Assembly: GCA_002269645.1 (NCBI GenBank)
Contig: NIVC01000857.1
Span: 1-64,000 of the forward strand
Length of the DNA stretch: 64,000 bases
Direction: 5' to 3'
From: Macrostomum lignano
Lineage: Eukaryota
The notes under the pieces were generated by a model. It worked only from the letters and a program-made list of their open reading frames with translations, was not told the origin of the DNA and ran no database searches. The translations under genes were made by a program, and so were the position numbers. This document shows, in pieces, positions 37,396-50,425 of this stretch. Position 1 is the first letter of the stretch. Each line of letters opens with the position of its first letter.

Positions 37396-38889
37396 TGACT
37401 TACTTTGACTTAGCTGCAGGGTGGTCCGAAGACGCAGTGGGGAGGCGAGCGTCGCCCATTCCGCTAATCCCTGAAAGACCCGCAAAGGCTAGGGCGCGGG
37501 GCTGGTCAGGGAGGTCTGCCGGTCCTGTCTGCAGCATTGTCTTCGGTGGGGAAGACGGAGGCTCGCTTGGTGGCCCGGAGGAACCGGATGAGCCGTGGGA
37601 TGTTCTCGGGCCGGCAAACGTCGTCCAGGGACGGGTTGGGCCCGAGGTGGTTGAGCCGGTCTCGGTTGAAGGCCGGGCAGTAGCAGACGAAGTGCTTGGC
37701 ATCTTCATTCTCGAGGCTGCAGAAGGGGCAGAGTTCACTCCGGCGAACACATCGGAGGAAGCAGTGCCTGGCAAAGCAACCGTGACCTGTGAAGGTCATA
37801 GTGAGAGCGCGGATATCTTTTCGATTTTGATTCAAAAGGATTCTCCGCAGCTTGAGGGACGGATTGGGCACTGCCGCACGAGATTGGCGGCAGTTGGAGA
37901 TACCATCCCATCTGCGCAAGTGCAGGATGTCCGCCCAGTCGTTAATCTGACGATTAATGACTGTGGCGGGGATGGGGGCCAGGGGCACGGGGCCAAGGGG
38001 CGAGCCGGAACAGCCCGCCTTAGCGAGGGAGTCGGCGAGCTCGTTACCTTTGAAACCGGCGTGTCCTGGGATCCACGTGAGCCGGACGGTGTTCCTCCGA
38101 GCCAGCTTGTTGAGCTGCCCGATACAGTCGCGGACTGTTCGGGAGTTCGTAGTGGTGTGACACAGGGCCTGTAAAGCGGCCTGGCTGTCAGAGTGGAAGA
38201 AGATTCTTCTGTCCTTGAAGTCCTTGCAGTGGAGCTCAGCTGCACAGGAGCTGATGGCAAGGACTTCATTCTGGAAGACGCTGGAGAGTCTGCCAGTGTG
38301 TTGGGCGTGAGTAGCAATCACGCGGCCGTTGATAAGGATACAGACTCCAAAGCCGGATAAACCGTCTTTGGAGGATCCGTCAGTGAAGCAGTGAACCTCC
38401 TGAGGGGCCCAGCTGTCGTTGGCGTTCTCCCTGGAGGGGATCGTGACCTTGAAGCGTTGGTAGAGATTGAGGGAGCGCGGCTCAGCGTCCGAAAGGACAG
38501 CCGCACTCCCACTCTCCTCCAGAACTTTAAGGCACAGATCAGAGTGCGGCAGGAGCTTGCGCTTCGCCATCGCTCTTTGTGGCTTGAAGCTAACACCAGC
38601 CTCGATGAGCCGGCGGGTGGTTTTAGCAGCCTCGCGACGGACAAAGATGTCCAGAGGCGGGAGGCAGAGAAAGGCGTTGAGGCCGTCAAAGGGAGCAGAG
38701 AGCGGGGCATTCAGGATCATGCGGCACGCACGTCCCTGCACCTTTTTGAGGGCTTCGTGGCAGGTTTTAATCTGCAAGGCGCTGGTCCAGACCAGGCCGG
38801 CGTAAGTAACGGCCGGTCGGACCATTGCGGTATAGATCCACCAGAGACGCTTTGGGGTGAGGCCCCAGGTGGTGCCGACGGCTCTGCGC
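37396..38889 (-). mobile_element. 5'-truncated non-LTR retrotransposon (R1/LOA-like) with intact ORF2 C-terminus: RT thumb, RNase H and zinc knuckle
   Basis: ORF to 37506: YTAMVRPAVTYA, FTDGS, FQNEVLAI, SDSQAAL, WIPGH.G.KGNELAD, CPFC...EDAKHFVCYCP. 3' tail (aagtcaaagt)n; 12-bp TSD AGTTTGCATCTT at 37384-37395 and 38890-38901. Confidence 0.93.
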
Positions 38890-39206
38890 AGTTTGCATCT
38901 TAAAAACAAACAAAATGCTTTAAATAGAAATATATAAGCCTATTATATTTTTAATTGGGTTCATTAAAAATGCAAAGTTAGGTTGTAAGACACTATATTC
39001 TAGTTTGCTTCAGTTGGGATGTTTAAATGCAAAGTTGCTGTGTAGATTAAATGACACTTGCTGACAGGGAAATAACAGCAAAATTAGCTCTCGATTAATA
39101 GTAGGCATACAATGGCCTTCAGTCAGCCGCCCTGTCTACTTGCACCCCATCAACTGCATGCCGTGTCAGTGGAGTCCCCGGGGTCCCAAGCAGCAGCAGC
39201 AGCAGC

Positions 39207-42200
39207 ATGAGCTCAGGCACGGACTGGGTTCGCGTGTACTTCACAGCCTCGGACTACAGCACGGTGCACTGCCACCAAGACCTGACTTGCCGCGAGCTGG
39301 TTGAGAAAATTTTATCCAAGCGGTTCCCGGAGACGCCGGACATTGTGCGACACTACTGGATCAGCACCGAGCGGCGCAATGGCGCCATCGTGTGTCCGAA
39401 CCTCACTTACTCGGAGGCCTGTGTTGTCTACGGCGGCCGCATCGCCGCCTTTTACCTGAAACTGCGCTGGCTGCCCGCCTGCAACCAGCGGGACCTGGCG
39501 GCTCTGGAGCTCAAACTGCTCGAGTTTATTTATAAGCAGGCCAAGGAGGAGCACCTGCTCAGCGTCTCCACCACCCATGGCGGCCTTCGCCTTGGCGTCA
39601 TCAACATCGCCCTGAACCAGGAGCGCCCGCCTGGCGCCAGCGAGAGCGCCATTAAGCGCGCGGCCACAGCGGAGAGCAAAGCTATTTATAAGGGCGCCAC
39701 CCACGGGCATCACATGTTTCCCCAGGTTGTGCTGACCGACGTCAAGCCGAAGATTCTGCGCCGGTACACGGCTGACAGCCTGTGCGACCTGTGGCGCAGG
39801 TGAGGTTCATGCCAGTGTCATTATTTGCATGTAAATCCTGGTTTGGCGCTGCCAATTGGCTTGAAATGCCAAATATTTTAGTCTTAAATGCGCGTCGGTA
39901 ATTGCAACCCGGTCTTGTGACTTCCTGTGAATTTTATACTTTTCAGTATAGTTTCCATTAACTGCAGTTTGGGCTGCTATTAATAGCTGCTGTTGATAAG
40001 CGGATGGTGGCTGATGGCGAACTTTTATGCTTTAATTGGCTGGCTTTGACTTTGGCAAGACTGTGCTGTGCACGCAAAGCTTTTTGGGCTTCAGTTTGAA
40101 TAAACCGAACAAATGCCTGTCTGTTCTCCGTCTGTCTGTCTGTTCTATCTGTTCTGTCTGTTCTGTCTGTTCTATCTCCATCTGTCTGTCCTGTGTCTGT
40201 TCCATCTCCATCTGTCTGTCCTGTGTCTGTTCTATCTCCGTCTGTCTGTCTGTCCTGTGTCTGTTCCATCTCCATCTGGCAGTCCTGTGTCTGTTCTATC
40301 TCCGTCTGTCTGTCTGTCCTGTGTCTGTTCTATCTCCATCTATCTGTCCTGTGTCTGTTCTATCTCCGTCTGTCTGTCTGTCCTGTGTCTGTTCTATCTC
40401 CATCTGGCAGTCCTGTGTCTGTTCTATCTCCATCTGTCTGTCCTGTGTCTGTTCTATCTCCATCTGTCTGTCCTGTAGCTGTTCTATCTCCGTCTGTCTG
40501 TCTGTCCTGTGTCTGTTCTATCTCCATCTATCTGTCCTGTGTCTGTTCTATCTCCGTCTGTCTGTCTGTCCTGTGTCTGTTCTATCTCCATCTGGCAGTC
40601 CTGTGTTTGTTCTATCTCCGTCTGTCTGTCTGTCCTGTGTCTGTTCTATCTCCATCTGTCTGTCTGTCCTGTGTCTGTTTTATCTCCGTCTGTCTGTCTG
40701 TCCTGTGTCTGTTCTATCTCCATCTATCTGTCCTGTGTCTGTTCTATCTCCATCTATCTGTCCTGTGTCTGTTCTATCTCCGTCTATCTGTCTATCCTGT
40801 GTCTGTTCTATCTCCATCTATCTGTCCTGTGTCTGTTCTATCTCCGTCTGTCTGTCCTGTGCCTGTTCTATCTCCATCTGTCTGTCCTGTGTCTGTTCTA
40901 TCTCCGTCTGTCTGTCTGTCCTGTGTCTGTTCTATCTCCGTCTGTCTGTCCTGTGCCTGTTCTATCTCCATCTATCTGTCCTGTGCCTGTTCTATCTCCA
41001 TCTGTCTGTCCTGTGTCTGTTCTATCTCCGTCTGTCTGTCTGTCCTGTGTCTGTTCTATCTCCATCTGTCTGTCTGTCCTGTGTCTGTTTTGTCTCCGTC
41101 TGTCTGTCTGTCCTGTGTCTGTTCTATCTCCGTCTGTCTGTCCTGTGCCTGCTCTATCTCCATCTATCTGTCCTGTGTCTGTTCTATCTCCGTCTGTCTG
41201 TCTGTCCTGTGTCTTCTATCTCCGTCTGTCTGTCCTGTGCCTGTTCTATCTCCATCTATCTGTCCTGTGCCTGTTCTATCTCCGTCTGTCTGTCCTGTAG
41301 CTGTTCAATCTCCATCTGTCTGTCTGTCCTGTGTCTGTTCTATCTCCGTCTGTCTGTCCTGTAGCTGTTCTATCTCCATCTGTCTGTCCTGTGTCTGTTC
41401 TATCTCCGTCTGTCTGTCCTGTAGCTGTTCTATCTCCATCTATCTGTCCTGTGCCTGTTCTATCTCCATCTATCTGTCCTGTGCCTGTTCTATCTCCGTC
41501 TGTCTGTCCTGTAGCTGTTCAATCTCCATCTGTCTGTCTGTCCTGTGTCTGTTCTATCTCCGTCTGTCTGTCTGTCCTGTGTCTGTTCTATCTCCATCTA
41601 TCTGTCCTGTGCCTGTTCTATCTCCGTCTGTCTGTCCTGTGTCTGTTCTATCTCCGTCTGTCTGTCTGTCCTGTGTCTGTTCTATCTCCATCTATCTGTC
41701 CTGTGCCTGTTCTATCTCCGTCTGTCTGTCCTGTGTCTGTTCTATCTCCGTCTGTCTGTCTGTCCTGTGTCTGTTCTATCTCCGTCTGTCTGTCCTGTGC
41801 CTGTTCTATCTCCATCTGTCTGTCCTGTGCCTGTTCCATCTCCGTCTGTCTGTCCTGTAGCTGTTCTATCTCCATCTGTCTGTCCTGTGTCTGTTCTATC
41901 TCCGTCTGTCTGTCTGTCCTGTGTCTGTTCTATCTCCGTCTGTCTGTCCTGTGCCTGTTCTATCTCCATCTATCTGTCCTGTGTCTGTTCTATCTCCGTC
42001 TGTCTGTCCTGTGCCTGTTCTATCTCCATCTATCTGTCCTGTGTCTGTTCTATCTCCGTCTGTCTGTCTGTCCTGTGCCTGTTCTATCTCCATCTGTCTG
42101 TCCTGTGTCTGTTCTATCTCCATCTGTCTGTCCTGTGTCTGTTCTATCTCCATCTGTCTGTCCTGTAGCTGTTCTATCTCCGTCTGTCTGTCTGTCCTGT

Positions 42201-45200
42201 GTCTGTTCTATCTCCGTCTGTCTGTCCTGTGCCTGTTCTATCTCCATCTATCTGTCCTGTGTCTGTTCTATCTCCGTCTGTCTGTCCTGTGCCTGTTCTA
42301 TCTCCATCTATCTGTCCTGTAGCTGTTCTATCTCCGTCTGTCTGTCTGTCCTGTGCCTGTTCTATCTCCATCTGTCTGTCCTGTGCCTGTTCTATCTCCA
42401 TCTGTCTGTCCTGTGTCTGTTCTATCTCCATCTGTCTGTCCTGTGTCTGTTCTATCTCCGTCTGTCTGTCCTGTGCCTGTTCTATCTCCATCTGTCTGTC
42501 CTGTAGCTGTTCTATCTCCATCTGTCTGTCCTGTGCCTGTTCTATCTCCATCTGTCTGTCCTGTGTCTGTTCTATCTCCATCTGTCTGTCCTGTGTCTGT
42601 TCTATCTCCGTCTGTCTGTCCTGTAGCTGTTCTATCTCCGTCTGTCTGTCCTGTAGCTGTTCTATCTCCATCTGTCTGTCCTGTGTCTGTTCTATCTCCG
42701 TCTGTCTGTCCTGTAGCTGTTCTATCTCCATCGGTCTGTCCTGTAGCTGTTCTATCTCCATCTGTCTGTCCTGTGCCTGTTCTATCTCCATCTGTCTGTC
42801 CTGTGTCTGTTCTATCTCCATCTGTCTGTCCTGTGTCTGTTCTATCTCCGTCTGTCTGTCCTGTAGCTGTTCTATCTCCGTCTGTCTGTCCTGTGTCTGT
42901 TCTATCTCCGTCTGTCTGTCCTGTAGCTGTTCTATCTCCGTCTGTCTGTCCTGTAGCTGTTCTATCTCCATCTGTCTGTCCTGTAGCTGTTCTATCTCCA
43001 TCTGTCTGTCCTGTAGCTGTTCTATCTCCGTCTGTCTGTCCTGTGTCTGTTCTATCTCCGTCTGTCTGTCTGTCCTGTGCCTGTTCTATCTCCATCTATC
43101 TGTCCTGTGTCTGTTCTATCTCCGTCTGTCTGTCTGTCCTGTGCCTGTTCTATCTCCATCTGTCTGTCCTGTGTCTGTTCTATCTCCATCTGTCTGTCCT
43201 GTGTCTGTTCTATCTCCATCTGTCTGTCCTGTAGCTGTTCTATCTCCGTCTGTCTGTCTGTCCTGTGTCTGTTCTATCTCCGTCTGTCTGTCCTGTGCCT
43301 GTTCTATCTCCATCTATCTGTCCTGTGTCTGTTCTATCTCCGTCTGTCTGTCCTGTGCCTGTTCTATCTCCATCTATCTGTCCTGTGTCTGTTCTATCTC
43401 CGTCTGTCTGTCTGTCCTGTGCCTGTTCTATCTCCATCTGTCTGTCCTGTGCCTGTTCTATCTCCATCTGTCTGTCCTGTGTCTGTTCTATCTCCATCTG
43501 TCTGTCCTGTGTCTGTTCTATCTCCGTCTGTCTGTCCTGTGCCTGTTCTATCTCCATCTGTCTGTCCTGTAGCTGTTCTATCTCCATCTGTCTGTCCTGT
43601 GCCTGTTCTATCTCCATCTGTCTGTCCTGTGTCTGTTCTATCTCCATCTGTCTGTCCTGTGTCTGTTCTATCTCCGTCTGTCTGTCCTGTAGCTGTTCTA
43701 TCTCCGTCTGTCTGTCCTGTAGCTGTTCTATCTCCGTCTGTCTGTCCTGTAGCTGTTCTATCTCCATCTGTCTGTCCTGTAGCTGTTCTATCTCCATCTG
43801 TCTGTCCTGTGCCTGTTCTATCTCCATCTGTCTGTCCTGTGTCTGTTCTATCTCCATCTGTCTGTCCTGTGTCTGTTCTATCTCCGTCTGTCTGTCCTGT
43901 AGCTGTTCTATCTCCGTCTGTCTGTCCTGTAGCTGTTCTATCTCCATCTGTCTGTCCTGTAGCTGTTCTATCTCCATCTGTCTGTCCTGTAGCTGTTCTA
44001 TCTCCGTCTGTCTGTCCTGTAGCTGTTCTATCTCCGTCTGTCTGTCCTGTAGCTGTTCTATCTCCATCTGTCTGTCCTGTAGCTGTTCTATCTCCATCTG
44101 TTTGTCTGTCCGTCTGTTATGGAAGTGCCGCTGCTATGCATGTCCTACATGCTTCACTTTCGTCACATCGCTCCGGGCATGCAGCCTCATTCTCCCTGAT
44201 CCCTCGTATGGCTGCAAGGACTTCATCCCGAATTCCAGGTCGTATTGTTTCTCATTCCTGTCGCCCCCCCCCCGCAGGTCCCGCTCGACACTGCTGGCCG
44301 AGTGGTTCTGCCTGATGTTCTCCGAGCTGCCCGCCGCCTTCTTGCCCTCCGTGCCCTGCCGGGTGCTGCTTGGCGCTCGCGCCGACGCCCGCCTGGCCGT
44401 CACCCGCGACGGCGACATCCGGCTGGAGCTCCGCGACTCCGCGCCAATCAGCGTCGGCCGAGTGCAGAGCCTTCAAGGACTGGAGCTGTGCAAGAGTCCC
44501 GAGGATAGCGGCGTCTCCCTTACCATCGCCTTCCAGCCTCCGCTGGCCTCCCTGACTGTTGAGCTAGACAACGCCAGGCGGGCGGACGCTCTGCTGCACC
44601 TGCTTCTCGATGCCGCTCACCTCACCGGCTGCCCGGAGGCTGCCGTGACTGCCCTGCACCCAGCGCACAGGTGAAAATATGCGTGCTGAAATAGGTGCTG
44701 AAAATATTTGACTAAATGGCTTATCGTTCGAGCTCTGACACGTTTCGAATCACACTCAAACTCCTTAATCGCAGGTGCCAGCGCCTGCTCGAGTGCGCCC
44801 CTGACTCCGACTACTCGGACCTCCAGCCGCCCCCGGAAAGCGGCGCTGCCGCCGCCACAGGAGCCGGTGGATGGTGAGTAACGTTGATTCTTGTGACCCA
44901 CTGATGCAGTCCGTTGACTCACCTTGACCCACTGATGCAGTCCGTGACTCACCTTGACCCACTGATGCATTCCGTGACTCACCTTGACCCACTGATGCAG
45001 TTCGTGACTCACCTTGACCTACTGATGCAGTCCGTGACTCACCTTGACCCACTGATGCAGTCCGTGACTCGCCTTGATCCACTGACGCAGCCAATGACTC
45101 GCCTTGATTCACTGACGCTCCAGTGACTGACCTTGACCCACTGATGCAGTTCGTGACTCACCTTGACCCACTGATGCAGTTCGTGACTCACCTTGACCTA

Positions 45201-48200
45201 CTGATGCAGCCAATGACTCACCTTGACCCACTGATGCAGTCCGTGACTCACCTTGACCCACTGATGCAGTCCGTGACTCACCTTGACCCACTGATGCATT
45301 CCGTGACTCACCTTGACCCACTGATGCAGTCCGTGACTCACCTTGACCCACTGTGCAGTCGGTGACTCGCCTTGATCCACTGATGCAGCCAATGACTCAC
45401 CTTGACCCACTGATGCAGCCAATGATTCACCTTGATCCACTGATGCAGCCAATGACTCGCCTTGACCCACTGATGCAGCCAATGACTCACCTTGACCCAC
45501 TGATGCAGTCCGTGACTCACCTTGACCCACTGATGCAGTCCGTGACTCACCTTGACCCACTGATGCAGTCCCTGACTCACCTTGACCCACTGATGCAGTT
45601 CGTGACTCACCTTGACCCACTGATGCAGTTCGTGACTCACCTTGACCTACTGATGCAGTCCGTGACTCACCTTGACCCACTGATGCAGTCCGTGACTCGC
45701 CTTGATCCACTGACGCAGCCAATGACTCGCCTTGATTCACTGACGCTCCAGTGACTGACCTTGACCCACTGATGCAGTTCGTGACTCACCTTGACCCACT
45801 GATGCAGTTCGTGACTCACCTTGACCTACTGATGCAGCCAATGACTCACCTTGACCCACTGATGCAGTCCGTGACTCACCTTGACCCACTGATGCAGTCC
45901 GTGACTCACCTTGACCCACTGATGCATTCCGTGACTCACCTTGACCCACTGATGCAGTCCGTGACTCACCTTGACCCACTGATGCAGTCGGTGACTCGCC
46001 TTGATCCACTGATGCAGCCAATGACTCACCTTGACCCACTGATGCAGCCAATGATTCACCTTGATCCACTGATGCAGCCAATGACTCGCCTTGACCCACT
46101 GATGCAGCCAATGACTCACATTGACCCACTGATGCAGTCCGTGACTCACCTTGACCCACTGATGCAGTCCGTGACTCACCTTGACCCACTGATGCAGTCC
46201 CTGACTCACCTTGACCCACTGATGCAGTTCGTGACTCACCTTGACCCACTGATGCAGTTCGTGACTCACCTTGACCTACTGATGCAGTCCGTGACTCACC
46301 TTGACCCACTGATGCAGTCCGTGACTCGCCTTGATCCACTGACGCAGCCAATGACTCGCCTTGATTCACTGACGCTCCAGTGACTGACCTTGACCCACTG
46401 ATGCAGTTCGTGACTCACCTTGACCCACTGATGCAGTTCGTGACTCACCTTGACCCACTGATGCAGTCCGTGACTCACCTTGACCCACTGATGCAGTCCG
46501 TGACTCACCTTGACCCACTGATGCAGTCCGTGACTCGCCTTGATCCACTGATGCAGCCAATGACTCGCCTTGATCCACTGATGCAGCCAATGACTCGCCT
46601 TGATCCACTGATGCAGCCAATGACTCGCCTTGATCCACTGATGCAGCCAATGACTCGCCTTGGTTCACTGACGCTCCAGTGACTGACCTTGACCCACTGA
46701 TCCGGTCCGTGACTCATCTGGTTTACGTCATCATTTTAACGCCCCGCAGGTACATCGATCGTCGCGACCTGGACCTGCTGGAGCAGCTGGGCTCCGGCGA
46801 GTTCTCCGTGGTGCACAAGGGCCTCCTGCAGCTGCCGGACGGCCGGCAGCGCCTCGTGGCCATCAAGCAGCCCCGCAGCAACATTATCTCGGGGGCTCTG
46901 GTGACCGAAGCAGAGAGCATGCGGGAGCTGCGCCATCCGCACATCGTTGAGGTTCTGGGCATCTGCAACGACTGGGTGGTGCTGGAGCTGGCGCTGCTCG
47001 GCGAACTGCGCGCCCACCTGCAGACGCGCGCGCCGAGCGCTGCGACCCGCGTCAGCTGACCTCCTTCTGTGTGCAGCTGGCCGACGCCATCCAGTATCTG
47101 CACAGCAAGGATCTGCTGCACAGGTAGGCGGCTGGGTATATTGTCTGCTTTCAGGTGCCATTTCTCTGCATTCGGGTGCAATTTCTCTGCAATCAGATGC
47201 CATTTCTCTGCATTCAGATGCCATTTCTCTGCATTCAGATGCCATTTCTCTGCATTCAATTGCTATTTCTCAGCATTCGAGTGCCATTTCTCAGCATTCA
47301 AGTGCCATTTCTCAGCATTCAAGTGCAATTTCTCTGCAATCAGATGCCATTTCTCAGCATTCAAGTGCCATTTCTCTGCAATCAGACGCCATTTCTCTGC
47401 ATTCAGATGCCGTTTCTCAGCATTCAAGTGCCATTTCTCAGCATTCAAGTGCAATTTCTCTGCAATCAGACGCCATTTCTCTGCATTCAGATGCCATTTC
47501 TCAGCATTCAGATGCCATTTCTCAGCATTCAAGTGCCATTTCTCAGCATTCAATTGCCATTTCTCAGCATTCAATTGCCATTTCTCAGCATTCAAGTGCA
47601 ATTTCTCTGCAATCAGATGCCATTTCTCAGCATTCAAGTGCAATTTCTCTGCAATCAGACGCAATTTCTCTGCAATCGGACGCCATTTCTCTGCATTCAG
47701 ATGCCATTTCTCAGCATTCAAGTGCCATTTCTCAGCATTCAAGTGCCATTTCTCAGCATTCAAGTGCCATTTCTCAGCATTCAAGTGCAATTTCTCTGCA
47801 ATCAGATGCCATTTCTCTGCAATCAAACGTTATTTCCCTGCATTTTTACGTCATCCTATATCCTAATAGCAACGCGCCCACGCATCCTGACCATTCGCAG
47901 AGACGTGGCCTGCCGCAACGTCCTGCTGATGCAGCCGACGGTCATCAAGCTGGCGGACTTCGGCCTGAGCCGCAAGCTGGCAGCCAATGAGGAGTACTAC
48001 AAGGCGTCCGGCGGCAAGCTGCCAATCAAATGGCTGCCGCCCGAGGCCTACAACGCCAGGAAGTTCACGCCAGCTTCGGACGTTTGGATGCTGGCCGTCT
48101 GCTGCTGGGAGATCTACAGCTGCGGAGAGAAGCCCTGGGCCGGCCTGAGCAACGTTGACGCCATCCGCAAAGTGGAGGCCCGCATGCAGCTCGCCAAGCC

Positions 48201-49041
48201 GCTGCTGTGCCCGCTGGCCGCCTACAATCTGCTGTGCCTGTGCTGGACCTACGAGCCCCGGCTGCGCCCCACCGCCGAGCAGTTCCGGGCTCGCATGGCC
48301 GCCCTGACGCCCGAGCAGCTCCAGGTGCGGAACACCGCTACGCACAACAACAACAACAGCAGCGTCAGCAACAACAACGCCAGCACAGACTATTATTCAT
48401 CCGCTACCGCCTCTCCCGCCAACGCCGCCGCCACAGTTTCGCGACCCGACTCGGCTGGCAGCCTCGATGACGTGTTTGATCGTCACTCGGCTTCGCCTTC
48501 GCCAGCAGCTGCGTTAGCTAAGGCTGCTTCTGCTACTGCTTCTGTTGCTCCTAGCGCTGCGCCTCCAAAGCCACCGATGCCGCCGCCTGCGGCCGCTGAC
48601 TCGCCCGCCGTCTCACCGGTGCCTAAAGGCGTTGCCGCTGCCGCTGCCACTGCCGCCGCTTTGCCGGCGCACGAGGAGGCGGTTGTGGCTGCCGCGGTGT
48701 CGCTGGTCCGCTCGCTGAACAGCCTGGTGCAGGCCTACGTTGCCGCGGCGCCCGCCGACCCGCGCCAGCTGGTTGGCCATCTGCGCGCCACCGGCGCCGA
48801 GTTGAAATCGCTGCACCAGCTGGTGGAATCGGCGCCCCAGCTGGCCGGCAGCGTGGCGGTGCAGCGCCAGTGCCAAGGCCTGACCCGCGACCTCGCGCAG
48901 CTGGTGCGCTGCTTCCGGGCGGCCCAGGCGGCCTACGCGGCCAGGGAGGCGGCCAAGTTCCAGGCGCTGATGCGGGAGATGCTCAAGTGCGCCGCCGCGC
49001 TGGGCACCGCCGCCAGGAGCTTGGTCAAGGCCATGCGGTGA
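39207..49041 (+). CDS. PTK2: Focal adhesion kinase (FAK/PYK2)-like tyrosine kinase, ~866 aa, FERM-kinase-FAT; exons 39207-39799, 44278-44670, 44775-44873, 46750-47123 (1-nt frameshift ~47030), 47901-49041
   Basis: YLKLRWLP..LEFIYKQ (FERM); DSDYSDL linker Tyr; LGSGEF, VAIK, HRDVACRN, DFGLSR, YYKASGGKLPIKW, SDVWM; C-terminal four-helix FAT-like region. Exon phases are consistent (2601 nt after +1 correction). Confidence 0.88.
40108..44112. repeat. Intronic minisatellite (FAK intron 1), 30/34-bp unit tctatctccatctgtctgtcctgtgtctgt, ~4 kb (~125 copies)
   Basis: Visible units; 10-aa periodic spurious ORFs (MEIEQLQDRQ). Confidence 0.97.
44895..46715. repeat. Intronic minisatellite (FAK intron 3), 30-bp unit gtgactcaccttgacccactgatgcagtcc, ~60 copies
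   Basis: Visible units, starting ~20 nt after the donor and ending ~35 nt before the acceptor. Confidence 0.97.
47148..47840. repeat. Intronic minisatellite (FAK intron 4), 21-bp unit gccatttctcagcattcaagt, ~32 copies
   Basis: Visible units; 7-aa periodic ORFs. Confidence 0.97.
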
Positions 49042-49404
49042 CGCTCTGGCATTGAGGCTGAAATCTTTTTTTGATTATTGGGCTGTTGGACCTGGTTAGG
49101 TGTCTTTGTACCTGAAGGATTAATTTAGTAGGTGGGGCGGTCTTAAAATAAGAAAGGATTTGGGCACCCGTTAAAAACGATATTGGGACAAGAATCGCTA
49201 AACAGTCGTTGAAAACGAGTCTCTAGCGACTCTTGTGACTTTTTAGCGACTCAAACGCGTCTGATGGGACGGAGGGGTGACTGTTGCGTCACAAGCGTCA
49301 CCCCAGAGTCGGTCGTTGAAGGTAACAAAGGTGCAATAGAAAAGCAGATGACTCCTTCGCGGCTCTTTAATGATTCTCTAACTCACGTGACCGTTTTCGT
49401 CGGG

Positions 49405-49722
49405 CACCACTCGTACACACGCTCACCCAGGGTCAGGCATGTACACTCAGTGCCTTGCACCACTCGTACACACGCTCACCCAGGGTCAGGCATGTACACT
49501 CAGTGCCTTGCACCACTAGTACACACGCTCACCAGGGTCAGGCATGTACACTCAGTGCCTTGCGCCACTAGTACACACGCTCACCCAGGGTCAGGCATGT
49601 ACACTCAGTGCCTTGCGCCACTAGTACACACGCTCACCCAGGGTCAGGCATGTACACTCAGTGCCTTGCACCACTCGTACGCACGCTCACCCAGGGTCAG
49701 GCATGTACACTCAGTGCCTTGC
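49405..49722. repeat. 53-bp tandem repeat, ~6 copies
   Basis: ggtcaggcat at 49431, 49484, etc. Confidence 0.95.
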
Positions 49723-50261
49723 AAGAGTCAGGCGCGTGCATTCTTGGGTAGTCTTGGTACCTGAGAGATGAAATCTGATTGATTTTGTTAGTCTTTGTAC
49801 CTGCCGGGTCGCTCGGCAGAATTGATATTTTATTCACGCATTGGAGTCGCAGTGCACTGCGCTTCTCCCCTTTTGTTATCCGGGCTTCAGCCGCAGCGCT
49901 GCCGCCCCATATCCTGTTTGCTTTCTTTGCCTGCTTGTGGATAACAAAAAATCTCAGCTTCCCCTGAATGAGCTTCAAACCACCTGCGGCTGGAGAGCGT
50001 TGTCTCCCCAGCTATATTTATTGTGCACAGAACGCATTGTCTATCAAGTGTAAATTGTGCGTGATTCTAGTACATAGAACCCTTTTCAATATCCTTATTT
50101 ATCTATATGAAACCGTGTACATACTGACGGAATCATTGTGCTTCCGATCCTAACCAACCCGCACCCGCTGTTTAAAGTGCTCATTAATTATGCAAATTGG
50201 CGCTTATTCACCTCACTGATTCTGACAATATGCTAATGAGCCTCCAGGTTTCTCTCGGCTG

Positions 50262-50425
50262 TCAGCTGGGGCAGACTGCCCAATGTTGCTACTGCCAGTA
50301 GCCGGTGGCAAATATGACAGCTGGGGCAGACTGTCCCAATGTTGCTACTGCCAGTAGCCGGTGGCAAATATGACAGCTGGGGCAGACTGTCCCAATGTTG
50401 CTACTCCCAGTAGCCGGTGACAAAT
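50262..50425. repeat. 55-56-bp tandem repeat, 3 copies
   Basis: cagctggggcagactg at 50263, 50318, 50374. Confidence 0.9.

Noticed and set aside
37395-38903. Plus-strand ORFs (259, 170, 112 aa) over the LINE
   Set aside because: Antisense shadows of the intact minus-strand ORF2.
40036-46717. Dozens of long periodic ORFs (MEIEQLQDRQ, SVLSPSVCP, TASVGQGES, THLDPLMQS)
   Set aside because: They are translations of stop-free minisatellite units lying inside FAK introns defined by phase-consistent GT-AG junctions.
47155-47900. N-terminal extension of the 628-aa kinase ORF (MPFLSIQ repeats)
   Set aside because: Intron 4 minisatellite read in frame; the true exon starts at 47901, completing the HRD motif.
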